A DNA stretch of 64,000 nucleotides, from positions 678,335-742,334 of the forward strand of contig RDEW01000005.1 in NCBI GenBank assembly GCA_011109175.1. Reading direction: 5' to 3'. This DNA is from Dicyema japonicum (taxonomy: Eukaryota; Animalia; Dicyemida). Position numbers and translations under genes: made by a program. This document shows, piece by piece, positions 49,250-61,746 of this stretch. The first letter of the stretch is position 1. Each line of letters begins with the position of its first letter. A model generated the notes under the pieces. That model saw nothing but the letters and a program-made list of their open reading frames with translations. It ran no database searches and had not been told where the DNA came from.

Positions 49250-50300
49250 TCGACCACTGGATGGGTGGCACGTGGCTTTCTTGGATTGGGGGGTTTTCGA
49301 GCTTGGATTTGTCCTGAGACGGGAGAAGAGGATTATTAGTGATTAATCTGGCCGGGTAGCTTGGCGGTCAATTGGTCGAAAGGTTGAGGTGGCGACGTAC
49401 CTCAATGTTTACTTTGCTTTATGTTGGATGAAGAGCCATATCTTCCTTCTTCCCATTAGCATGGAGGAGGTGATAAACCCGGGACACATTAGAAACCCGA
49501 AGCTATGAACAGAGGAATTGTTGGATGAGCGCATGATCCGGTTTGAAATTCATCCAGCCTGAAGTGAAAGAACTCAGAGGATCATCTGTTCTAGTATTTT
49601 ATTTAAACAATCCACAGTGAATGTATTAGCCACGTGTTGAACACGTTTAACCAGTTCTAATGACATCAACCAACTCGAATATGTTTTGTGGATAATTAGA
49701 CAGTGGAAAATCAATAATACTTCACAAATGGAACAGCCTAAGTTGCTCCAGTATCATTTGACGTAGATGCTTCAAGTCAAAATTTTAAAAACTTTTATGT
49801 TCCCGAGAATTTTGTTTTCAGACCAATTCTGACCTACGCGAGTTCATCGTGGTCAATGGTCATTTCCCAATATTCTATTAACGAGTTGACCACAATCTAA
49901 AAAGCTTCAAATAGCATCATTGGCTTTAATTCTGAGTCGGCCTGGGATCACTTAGTTGGCCTGGATATTTTTTTGTAGAATCAGCATTTTTTGAGGCTCC
50001 CCTAAAAGTGCTTGTTTTCGGCCTAAGAGTTATTAAATTCGTTTTATCGTTGACAATCGATATCCTCATTTTTGGGGAATGTACCACCAACTGATCCTCA
50101 TCTCTTTCTCCATACCGGAGTCAGCCACTTGTCTTCCAGCATCTAATATTACATCCGCATAGTTGACTCATGCCACTTCCAAAGTTGGTTCGAAGCAGAT
50201 ATGAAATCCTCATTGTAGACCTTAACCTCCTGCTTGTACTCAACCCCCATACTATCTACAATATTTTCCAAGACGACTTATTGGAGGTAAGTCATAATAG
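49250..50300. mobile_element. Cluster of decayed LINE fragments in both orientations
   Basis: LIQQF...-like C-terminus on the minus strand; plus-strand 3' motif GGGATCACTTAGTTGG at about 49944. Confidence 0.45.
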
Positions 50301-52049
50301 CTTCTTCAATGGATAGTCTATCAATGTAATTCTTGAAGCACTTAGAGACACTCATAATTCATACTTGATGTCTTTGGGAAGTGAGAGCTCTAACCTTTTT
50401 CGTTTCTTAACTCCATACATTCTGCAGATATGCAAATATTAATAAATTTATAAATTATTAAAGACATCAAATTAAATTGTCATAATCAATATTTGATTAT
50501 AATGTTATTAATAATTAGCCAACTAATAATAATAATAATAAATAACTGGCTTAATGGCTGGTTGGCTACATTGGAGGTGGCTTGTTGGGATTATTAATCG
50601 AAAATGGTGATTCCCGCCCATAAAAGGAAAAAGGCTGTTACTTTTTATAATAACTTTGATGCTATTAAATCATCTTTAAACTTATTTGTTCCATCAACAC
50701 AGGAAGCTATTCGTGAGTATTAAATATTTGTAAGAGCCTTTTATGGTTATCTTCTTCTGAATCCAACAAGAGACCCAAAACGCACAAACTACCACGTATG
50801 TTTGTTACCATGTTTTTCTGTTTATTTATTAGATTCAACTTAATCATTTCGTCTTCACTACATGTAAGCCACATTGCCTATTCTAAATGTGTAAGAATGA
50901 GAGAACACAAAAGACACCAGAGGTTTCGAATTTAAAAAGCATTGACAAAACAGGCCTCCTCTTTTTTGTCCTCAATTTCCCTGGTGGATTTAGATTACAT
51001 GACTAATCTCTGGGAGTTCTATTTTTGAATATTACATTCCTCGTAGCCGTCGGTTTCCTTCGTTTTAAACTGCTAGGACTGGGTAGCTATTAGGATGATC
51101 TAGGAATGTTGTCACTGTCTGGTTGATGGTTGGCTACAAAGTAAAAGGTTCTCCCACATTTTCTCAGAACTGTAATATGGACATCTACCACGTGCTAGAA
51201 ACCTTTTATTATCTTCCAAATGAGGTAAACTGTAATCACAGGGCGATAGCAACGAGAGAAGTGCACACAATTTCAATATTTAAATATTAAGTGTTCCCTT
51301 GATCTGAGCACTCATTAATCTAACGTATTCAGTTCCTACCGCCATATTCGTGAAAAGATAAGTCCTCCTTCACAAGTCAGTCCAGAATCACAGTTGTGGG
51401 AACCCCTCCAAGAATGTTTCTATTATTAAAGAAATCAAATTTTCATAGTAAATATCTGAGCATGATGTTGTGAGAAATTTGCCGCCAGGCTTAATGATTG
51501 GTTAGTTCAACGTGGAGGGAATTGTTGGGGTCGTACATTAATAGAAAGTGGTGGTTCTCGAGTTTTTTTAAACAATTTTGTTTTGTTCTTTAGAAAATTA
51601 TACTTTATACTTGAACATTCGTAATAGGAATGGGAGATAACTCTTATTATTAAATGACTTCCACAAAACCATAATAGCCTAGCTCTGGAAAATACACAAT
51701 TCTAAACGTCAATTTCCCCTATTGTTAACTAGTCGTCTCAACTCTAGGATACCCTTTAAAAAACAAAAAAGAAAACCTTTATGTGTCTAATTTTTCTATA
51801 AAAATAATATTCAAAAAATTATCATTTCTTTGATCTATTTTGATGGTATTAACCCAACGTTAATCATAACACCGCCATCTCCTAGTAATCAATACGACAC
51901 GTCCTTAGATCTTCTAATTACACCAACATCAATTCATAATCGATTATATTAAGCTTTGTTGTCTATTAATTATGAAATGAGCAGTCTTTATTAATGATGT
52001 GTCTGGAAGGTAGACAAATTCACTAATTTGAAGTTTATTAGTGGTCTTA

Positions 52050-52450
52050 TGTGGTAGATTCGATCAAATTTGAAAAATTATCGGATATTTTTGCAGCTCA
52101 AGCCGACCGAAGACCGGACGGAACCACTCTTTTCCCATGGGAGAATGGTAAATACCTTGGCTGGGACGCCACCTGTGTTGATAGCCTCTCTCCCTCCAAC
52201 CTATCAACGACAGCAACTGACCTAAGCTCTGCTATGGAGAAGGCTGCGACCCTAAAGATAAAAAATACGAATCATTGGAAGCAGGTCACTGACCCTGCTA
52301 AACAGGATCGGCTCGCTCATCGCCAAGAAGAAAAACGATAGGAGAAAGGAGCTGGCTCATTGAGCGCATTTCCTTGCAAATCGTCTGGGGAAATGTGTTT
52401 TCAATTATGAAAGCAGCCATCAGTTGTCAACTGTTAATTTTTGTGTTTAA
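52050..52450 (+). mobile_element. Diverged CRE-like REL fragment
   Basis: RRPDGTTLFPWENGKYLGWDATCVDS...AMEKAA..K. Confidence 0.8.
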
Positions 52451-53590
52451 ATAAAATTTGGTTTTTCATTTAATCTTTCACATAAACAGGTGCACAGTGT
52501 ATCCCACGTGGGAAATTGTCTGTACACGAGAATGTGAGAAGTGCGTGGATCCTGAGAAGAACACCTGGGGAAGATAGGAGGCTACTGATGTGGGAATTTA
52601 TAATGGGAATGTCTTTCGCCTACGAGTTCCACAGAACGCCAGACACCCTAAGGATCTCTAGGAAGTGCGCATTTGGTAGTTACTTCCGCTTAGTCTCCGG
52701 TTTCTTTCACTTGAAGTGACGGGGGAACAGAATATCTACAAAATGGACTCAATAAGTAATTGGTCACCAAACTTGAGAATCATTACTGTTAAGAACCACG
52801 TATTCTGATGAAACACAAGTCAGTTTTAAGGAGAATTAAGAATTTTAACATTGGCATTATAATCCATAACGATTCTACTGGGATTTAGGGAGTAAAGCTA
52901 ATTAATTCAAAATAGATTGAATATTCTGAGTAATATTGATTTCCTCCTTACAATCAGTTTTGCAATTTTGTCAAACCACTCAAACGTGATAACACAAGTC
53001 AGGATATCTTAAAGTGCACATTCTAATCATCAAAACAAGCCAAAACCACAAAAGTCATTAAAATATTAAAAATTGAAAAATCATACTGAGAATACAAGTC
53101 ATTTGCCAAAAATTATTCCAATAAACACTAAAACCAATTACTTTGTTAGGACGCCACTTGTATCGATAACTTTTTTATTTCCAACCGCACGCTGTGAGTT
53201 ACAAGCAGGAAAGGCCACAGTGAGAGGCAAAACCCTCGAGACTATTACCTCTGCTGATTTAATTGCTTGATTACTAAAACGAGTAAAATTGTCCTATATG
53301 ACTAAACACGTTTAAACAAGCTAAAATCAGCCAATTTGGAAAATTATAATCGCATCCATGCTACAATCACAGTAATTATGGTTTTCATGTCACCTGCATA
53401 GCCTACATTTCACGAATAACTTATTTCCCTAACCAAGCAACAATCAAACAGTTGCCTTTAAAATGGCAGCAGGACAGACGCCAAGCTACCTATCAGGATT
53501 CCTTTCATGACCATAAATTATCAAAACAGAGAAACTTGTAATATTAAATTAGTGTTATACATAATTTACACATCAATATTGAATAATCCT

Positions 53591-55020
53591 CTACCGAATA
53601 TAATTATCCAACATAAGCACAGACTTTGAGCGGCTTGGGGGCTCGTTCGCATCAAAGAGGAGCCAAAACCTGAGGGACTCGTCTCCAGATCCCGTAACAA
53701 TTGTCCTCCCATCGGGTGATAAGGCCACATAGAGGACACGTGCACTATGCCCAGGTAGTTTAACCGTTGGAGTCATCAGGGGGTACTTCCACACGACAAT
53801 TTCATTAAGAGAATATCCGTGGGTGGTAACCAGTTCATTAGAGTTCTTCGACCACAACATGTTACATATTTGGGAGTCCGTTTGGTGATGAGAGAGTGCC
53901 TGGCCTGTCAAAGAGTTCCAGAATCGTATCTCCTGGTCAGCCGTTCCTCCTCCGGAAGCTAGGAGGCCTCGTTTGTGCGGGGACCATGCAAGGGCTTTCA
54001 CCGCGGCCCTGTGTTGAGTGAATTGATACGCCGGAGTGCCAGTGCTTCCAAATACGTCCCACAGGAGAAGGTTGTTGTCATTCCCACCGGAAGCCAGGTA
54101 CCTCCCATCAGGGGAGAACTTGATTCCACACACCTCCTGCTTGTGGCCAGCCAGAATACGGGTCTTCGAGCACATGGAATTGGAGTCTTTACATGAGTAT
54201 CCACCTGTTCGTAAATCTCTCAAAGAAATGGTTTTGTCACGTGATCCACTTGCCAGGACCGTCTCATTCCACGTGAGTGCTCCAATCCTGCTGCTATGGG
54301 ATCTGAAAGACTGGATCTCCTTGCCTTCCTCAATACTATAGATCAACGTTCTTCCAGTATTCGTTGCTATAGCAACATGGTTGTCCAAATGGGAGCAGGA
54401 GACAGAGCAAACGGTCTCGTTTCCAGGAAGTTCACACAGTCTGATCACTTCAGAACTTTGGGAATTCCAAATGTAAACGACCTTGTCAAGGGCCACAGCC
54501 AGGTTCTCAAAAGGGGACCAGTCCACAAGGCTCAAATAGAAATCATCCTTCAGTAGTGGAGCCTCCAGCGTCTTGAATGGGTTTTTCGAAATTTTCCGTG
54601 GTTTCTCTAGCACGGAATCCAGCATTTACGACTTTTTTCGCTCAAAACCGTGTTTTTCCATGCATAATAGTCCGTTTTTCCAGTCGGAATTTTACGCACG
54701 TGTTTAAACTCAAAGTAATTGGTGGTTTCAGTGAGTTTCTTGACCTCTTCTCTAGCCTCCGGAGCATAGGAATTGAGAGTCTCGTTGGCTAAGAGATCCT
54801 TGTAGACTTTATTCTCAGAAAATTCAGAGCTTTCGTCCAAAGAGTCGTCAGATTGTTGTATTTCGCTATTCGAGAACCAATCGATTGAATCTGAAGTATT
54901 TTTGGAGAGTATTGAAGGCATTAAACGTTCAGAATACAAATTCTTCTTCACTGGATTAGAGGGGGTAGAATCCTTCCCAATTTGACGTAATATTCGTTTC
55001 TCAAAACTGTCATCTTTCAT
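53591..55020 (-). CDS. FZR1: Fizzy-related APC/C coactivator Cdh1
   Basis: FEKRILRQI N-terminus, KISKNPFKTLEAP.L.DDFY, WD40 repeats (GHKQEVCG, LASGGNDN, AAVKALAWSPH, GGGTADQ, HSARVLY) and a C-terminal IR tail. Single 23 nt intron at 54607-54629. Confidence 0.96.
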
Positions 55021-55064
55021 GTCCCCACGTCGAATTTTGATATCTAATTATTTATCACTTTTTA

Positions 55065-55072
55065 GCGGGAAA
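55065..55072 (-). promoter_or_regulatory. Candidate E2F site (TTTCCCGC) about 45 bp upstream of the FZR1 ATG
   Basis: Exact canonical E2F motif in an otherwise nearly pure-AT upstream region of a cell-cycle gene. Confidence 0.35.
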
Positions 55073-56299
55073 TATAATTAATTTTTAATCAAAATATAAT
55101 ATTAAATATATTTTTATAACTTAAATCAACATAATATTGACATTTTAATTAATATTCATAATAAAGAAATACCAACCAGGGCACGTCAACCACAAACGTA
55201 TTTATGAACTAATTAAATATTATTATTATTTTTATTCATAAATATATTTTTTTATTTTTAAATATTATTTAAAATTCGTTAACATTAAAATTTATTTGAA
55301 ATTTTATTCTTAAGTGGTTCATGTATCATCAATATTACTGTCATAGCTGTGTGTAATTAAAAATCGATTATTCATGCTTTTAGAAGCGAAATATCCTTTT
55401 TGGATGACATTGTTCGTCATTATTCATTCGGTAACATCATAATTGTATTATTAAAATTGATTTTTTTATTTTTGACAATTTTTTGTATAAATAGTACATT
55501 CGGGATAATACTGACAACCGACAGCATTCCGCGGACGACTGAGATCCACACTACCGATCGTCCAGTACGAGAACCTCAAAAGATTGGAAGGTGTCTCAGA
55601 GAAGACTTTGTTTGACTACAAAAGCTTGCTTGTGACAGGAACAAGTGAGGGAGGATGACGTCGTGGTTAAATTCCAAGATTGCACGTGCTCTGCCCTGAC
55701 CATGCATCAGAAAGTACCTTGTTCTTCTCAAGGCATTACTTGTCCATGGGAGACTAAGCCACTGTCTCACCAGATATCGTTGATCAGCTCAGCCGTTTAA
55801 CCACTAGCTAATAGGTACCTGGGGTGACAATTCTGGAGTGCTGATCTTAGAATGTCTGCGGGCCTTATAGAAAAAGATTTTTTGGAGTCTTCTTTGAAAA
55901 TTAGAAAGAATCAGAGTTTTTGGACTTGAGTAGTAGAAAGATTAGGCAGTCAGATAGACATCATAAGCTCAGCATTTCGATGTGATCTCCAACTGCAGTG
56001 TCTTCGTCTCCCAGTATAGGAGGTCAACAGATATTTTTTATCGTGTGCCATCTATGACATGAATATGACTTGGCGAGTAGGTTCAGGAGCTCTCGGACTG
56101 TCGTCTTACGATTTTTTAAAAAACACGAAAATATATCTCAGACCTTCGAAAAAATGCTGACTATGCGAACTGATTTCCTTCGCAATCCTAAGAAGGAATA
56201 GCCACGCAATTTGAGGTTAAGGACCACGTGGATCATTATTTAACAAAATTAATAATTTTTAGGATGAATTAACGGATTCCAGAATTTTAGTGGAGATTT

Positions 56300-56700
56300 T
56301 TGAATTTTTTCCTCCATACAATGACTTCTAAAATAACTCAATGATTATAGAATATCTATCCCTCGTTACTCCAATTTGGGCAGACTGAATTCAAACACAG
56401 AAATTGGAGCATCCATGCTTCCCTATTTCAAATTGACTTTTTTGCGTAGAAGCGAACATTGCCACGTGTGATTTTCTGGTGAAGCTTTTAGGCGGTTCTT
56501 CGAAGTCAAATCCACACAAGGTCAATATCTCTTGCACGGTCCATGTTATTGCCTCAGATCTTCGCTGTCTTGATGCAATTATGAGGTCATCATAAGTCAA
56601 AATGATGGTGATCTAAGACATCTACACTCACCAAAAGCAATTATAGCCTCTTCCAACTCTTCCTGCTGCATGGGACCTCCTCAGCACGTCTAGATAATCA
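56300..56700 (-). mobile_element. Decayed LINE RT fragment
   Basis: TYDDLIIASR....A...VQE.L and KSHVAMF. Confidence 0.55.
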
Positions 56701-57189
56701 CAGATTTATCTGCTTCTTAATATGCTTGTCCAGCAGTGATGGTAAAGGTGCACGTGGGCGACAACAGTACTTCAATCCATGAGGAAGTCGTCCATAGCTC
56801 CATTGGCATGGTTCGACCATGTTATGAGTCATAAGCTTCATTTAAAATTCAACAATATCCAGACACAACCATCTCGCTGAGGATCTTGCATATAGTGCCT
56901 GTTCTTTATTTTGTTAGGTCATGTTACTCCACGAATTGTCCATAACCAGGATAAAGGGTAGAAGATGTCCACTCCTTGTTGTAAGAACCCTTTCAGTGGA
57001 GTGGGATAGAAAATTGTCATTTTGCGTTAAATCCTGATTCTGGGTGCCTCCAAAAACATGTGGATCACACGACGCCACTCTGTTAAAAAAGAAAGAAGAA
57101 ACAAATCTCAGTCAAGTGCCATATAACAGCAAGCGGCAATTCGATCTTATTTAATAAAGTGGCTTTTAATTCAAACTACAATGATAAAA

Positions 57190-57430
57190 TTATTTCCAAA
57201 GACCAAGGGTAACCAAACCAACTAACTTATCGATCCTGACTCGCTCCAGCATTCCAGAACTTGTCACCAGGTAACGACGTTGTCCCCTGGGAAGAATTGT
57301 TGAATCCTCTTGATGCAGGCCAGGCATTAGGCGTCTCCTCAGTAAGGTGGATCCAGTGACGTCATCGGAAAGAAAATAATTTTGACAAACTATCTACGTA
57401 GCACCACAAGGCGCCACGATGGAGTTAAAA
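57190..57430 (-). repeat. Short interspersed element copy C, flanked by a 41 bp direct repeat
   Basis: Identical ATTTAATAAAGTGGCTTTTAATTCAAACTACAATGATAAAA at 57149-57189 and 57431-57471. Confidence 0.85.
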
Positions 57431-57517
57431 ATTTAATAAAGTGGCTTTTAATTCAAACTACAATGATAAAAAATAAAATAATTTTCATAAAAACTAAAAA
57501 AATAAAAATTTAAAAAA

Positions 57518-58071
57518 TTAAATAAATTCTCCAAAAATAAAACGGAATTTGGCTTTGTTGTCAATAATACCATACTTTCGTGACACAACATAAAAATTCT
57601 TTCTCCACGGATATTTACTTGTAAATGTTTATCTTGAAGGTAGAAAATTCACTAGAAATATTAATTCCAGGAATAAGCGAACTCACGGGAAGATAATCGT
57701 GGACATAACTCCCCCAAAGGTTGATTCTTGAAATTTCAATGATCTTCAACGATTTGTCGATTTTTATTGAGCCGACAAATCTTTGCAAGTAAAAACTGAT
57801 CAGACAAACACAAACCATCAACAAAGTAGAAAATATCGCCGTTTTTTTGGAATTTTTCGTGAAAAGCACTTGCAACGTAAATAGTCACTACAAATCCGGA
57901 GCAGTACAAATTCATCCTTACTATTGATTGAACTATCTTTATTTGAGGCATGTGGTAGACGATTTGAAAACCTTGTGGTTTAAATTTTGACTTTTCTGCA
58001 TATAATTTTGACTTTTCCGGAAAATTGATAGACCTAAAGATAGTCTTGAATTTGCTTTTAAGTGAATGCAT
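57518..58071 (-). CDS. TMEM186: Transmembrane protein 186 (mitochondrial)
   Basis: F..VYH.P.I, two TM segments, FYLQRFVG.I.....I.ISRINLWG, KYGIID...F..IFG. Has a 20 nt intron (57633-57652); one extra A in the A7 run at about 57842-57848. Confidence 0.75.
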
Positions 58072-58749
58072 GAACCACGTGAAGCAGATTTGATTTTTAA
58101 AATTATTTATTTATAATTAAAATATAATTCAAATTTTTTAATGATTGCTTATTTTAGACCTGATATGGTCGTTGGGGGATAAAAGATGCACCCTCAGTAT
58201 CAACTAACCAAGTGGTTAATCGGTCGAAAGATCAAAAAGTGACGTTCCTCCATTTCACTAAATGTTTACTCGGCTTCATGATGGATGAAAGCTTTTGTGA
58301 TTATTCTTGTAAGAATACGATAGGTGACTGATTCGGGAGATATCCGAAGCTTTGAACAATGGAAGTGTAGATGCAAGTAGGATTTGGGTTTGACCTCTAT
58401 ATTTCTTTCAAATTCTACACGTGGTATATTGTGGCATTTAAATCCGCTGATTTTTGCCATAAAGAAAGTTTGCTACCTAGTCCTGGTCTCCTTTGAAACT
58501 ACAGCCATGGAAATCTACTGCTTGATCCTGGAACCTTCACTGCTAGCCACTGGTTTCCTCCATTTGAAGGAACTGTTGGTAAATGAATAAATAAACCACA
58601 CTATATGTTAATTTTGAATGGGTATTGGATTCATTCTCAGTGTTATTATCCCCCTTTCTCAGAGTATGGTGGTAGCACAAGTAAAATTCAATTTCTGCTT
58701 CTAACAAAATTGTAGGACCTACGCATGGTTGCTGTGGGGATGTCTCATT

Positions 58750-59098
58750 TATTTATTTAATAACCCCGGGAACACCGGGAAGGAAAGACGAAAAAGTCAA
58801 ACAGTTAGGTGATCCCAGTCCTCGCAATCAATTGTGCCATTCGACGTCTGTGATCTTCCATTGTCCCCACTACTTTCCGGAAAAGCCTTCTATCGGTCTT
58901 GCAGAGGAATCCAATCGGGGAGGGAAATTTCTTATCCAATCGGTTTTCTCTTGCCATGGAAAGGATCAGGCGAAGAGGGTTTCCATCTTCCTCACAGACG
59001 CGAAGAAATCCGGAACCACGACTACGGATCTTAGCTCCCATGAGTAGTGGGTTGACTGTTGATCCATTACGTGGGCAAAGCATACTGATTGTTTTCTG
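58750..59098 (-). mobile_element. 5'-truncated copy of the 8875-11802 LINE with a 16 bp TSD
   Basis: About 90% identical to 11448-11800; GTGGGGATGTCTCATT at 58734-58749 and 59099-59114. Confidence 0.9.
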
Positions 59099-59376
59099 GT
59101 GGGGATGTCTCATTGGGTCTGAAAAAACGAAAGACGGTGAATCATGGAAGAAAGAAAAGTCTAAAATGAGTTGGTAGTTGATTCCTTAAGAGGAGAGGAC
59201 TTCCTCGATAATACTTAGACATGCTTCACTTAACCTCTAATAAAAATTCTCTGGAAAATGAAATTCTAATGATCATTCAATGTGATTGTCCCAGCAATTA
59301 AGGTCTTTTGAGAGCTGAGGAATACGTCAATTCAATCACTGTAAACAAAATGAACAGTAATCGCTAATAATATTAA

Positions 59377-59861
59377 ATGAGCGACAAAACTCCGAAACTG
59401 AGCACGTGAAGGTTAAATATAGGCTATAATCAAGATTGTGAGTAACACGTGGAATTTATTTTCGGGCAAATTACCAACTGTGGGATTTTGGTATTAACGG
59501 AACTTTTTGAAAACATCCCGCTTACAGAAATTTGTTTGATTTTGCAGCGGAAAATAAAGAGGAGCTAATTTTGGAGGAGAAATTCATAAAACATGCAAAT
59601 CGGTTTGCAAATTCCATCAACTTTGCGATTCAAAACATCGATAGCTTCGAAAATAAGGTAAGACCCCTGCTATTAGGACTCGGGCGGAAGCATATAAAAC
59701 AGAATGGATTCGAAGCTGAGTTTTTTGACAACTGTGTCGTACAAAACGTTCTAAAAAGCCAACTAGATGAGGAGTATACCAACTCTACTAAGCAAGCATG
59801 GGACCTCGTTTTAGCTGTTGTTATTGAAACTTTGAAGGAAGGAGCTCAATCGATGCTCTAA
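59377..59861 (+). CDS. Globin (single domain, about 150 aa)
   Basis: TW (A12), LFE.HP...LFDF (CD1 Phe), KHANRF (distal His), LGRKH (proximal His), AW..V. The 5' part needs one 23 nt intron and three single-base homopolymer corrections. Confidence 0.8.
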
Positions 59862-60431
59862 TAATTCATTAACATAAATAATCCAATTTATTTCGTAAAA
59901 TACTAATTACTCCCAAATCTGTGATCTTTGATGATTTTATTAGATTTGGCTGATGATCATTGACGTTTTTGAATCGAGTACATAAAGCTAGGGGAACCAT
60001 ATTTTCAAGTCAACTATAATTCCAATTCCACTTAATATCAACTTTCACACGTGTGACTCCCTATCCTCTTCTAACATCACCGGAAGTGGAGTTAAGGTTG
60101 ATAACATCCGTTGTAAGAAGGCGGAGAAGGCAAAGGAAAGAAATACCAAGGGTTTCTAGATTAATTGCTGCGAGGCAATTGGGAGATATAGAAAGTCTTT
60201 CCTCAGGACCCTGTGACGTCTGGACGCATTCAGAAGCCGAACAACCCAGTGACTCTTCTGTCGATCTCGATAGCTACCATGGGGCGAATTGTGAGCATTA
60301 ATTAACGTAAATTCCGACTACGTTAAGTTCACTAAACCTCCATAAAATTAAACTATTAATATTAGTATGTTTGTAAGTGTCTAATTAAGTGAGTAGTTCA
60401 TTAGTGTTGATCATTTCCACTATAATGATAA

Positions 60432-60878
60432 TCAACCAATAATACAATCACGAATATAGTTCATCAGTCCTTCGTTTACTCGTCTCCTGTGTGATGGCAG
60501 TGGTTTTCGTTCGATGGTTACCCTTCCATTTAATGACAACGGATTTCGTTCGATTGCCCCCGATTTACCAGACAGCAATAATTTTTGTTTGGTTGTAGGT
60601 CCTGTCTTCTTTGGCAGTGGCTCTTGTTCCTTGAGGGGGATGTCTTCCGGTTGGAATAGTTTTCGTTCGACTATCCACCTTTCGTAAGGCGTTAGAGACA
60701 TTGCTTCGATCTCATTCCGTGAAAGTTTAATTTTTTCGGTGACGGTAGTATCCGTTCGATTACTGGGTTTCGGGTCCCTGGGTTTAATCTCCATGGCATT
60801 CAAGTATATCGGGGTAATTGTAGGCACGAGAAAGCACAACAAAATACACGAATAATTCATCAAAACATTATGTATCAT
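60432..60878 (-). CDS. Orphan putative secreted protein (148 aa)
   Basis: Intact ATG-initiated ORF with an N-terminal hydrophobic signal-like segment (SCILLCFLVPTIT); no family recognised. Confidence 0.5.
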   Translation of the reverse strand: MIHNVLMNYSCILLCFLVPTITPIYLNAMEIKPRDPKPSNRTDTTVTEKIKLSRNEIEAMSLTPYERWIVERKLFQPEDIPLKEQEPLPKKTGPTTKQKLLLSGKSGAIERNPLSLNGRVTIERKPLPSHRRRVNEGLMNYIRDCIIG

Positions 60879-61746
60879 TTTGAGGTTGACGATAAAATTA
60901 TAGGCAATACCATCGTTTCTTTATATATTGAAAGACACGTGTATTATAGATTTATGGTTAGCTTCTAAAATAGTAATCAATTATCAAGTCAAACGTAGTT
61001 AGATTCTAAATTAGCATCGTAGCTTATTTTTAGAACTTGTTCGAATTCCAAGAGATTTATTTTATTACAAAAAATAAATCACACACCGGCCGCCAAGAGA
61101 CAGAAAGCATTTCTGCGAATGATTGCGATCCCATGAACCAATGCTGTTACCGAGGATCACCGAGTCTTGACAAGATTACACTTTCAATCTCTTGGAGAAC
61201 ACCTCTAGCGACAGTCCTGGCCCACTGAGGTCTAGAACACGATTGGATGTAGCGTAAAAGGTATTTCTAAAAATTATAACCAGATTAAATAATTCCTCTA
61301 ACAGATCGTAGTTCTCACCAAATTTTCAGATAATCAGAGTCCCTTAGTTATGAAATATTCGAGTTGACTGAGGTAGTCTTCACATTAACCAAACCATTTT
61401 TCAACTTAAAAATAGTGATTGCCCTTCCATACAAAAGCAGTAACTTGAACCTCCACTTAGGCAGGCACAATTTATTTTAGAAAGATAGAGCAGTTAGGCA
61501 ATTAATCACAGGACGACTAGAGTTTCCTGATCAACGTGCCAGGATATTGCTGAATTTCGAAGAGGCCTATAGGAAGCATATTACACTTTGACGAAGCAAC
61601 CTATGCCAACAAGTTTATGATAGAATACCTCATGGTGGATGGAAATACCGTGGTCAACCACATGTAACCTAAGTGCAGAACGAGTCTATTAAACTTCACG
61701 TATATACGGCAGCAAAATAAACAAAAACAAAATTCACCCAAAACAG

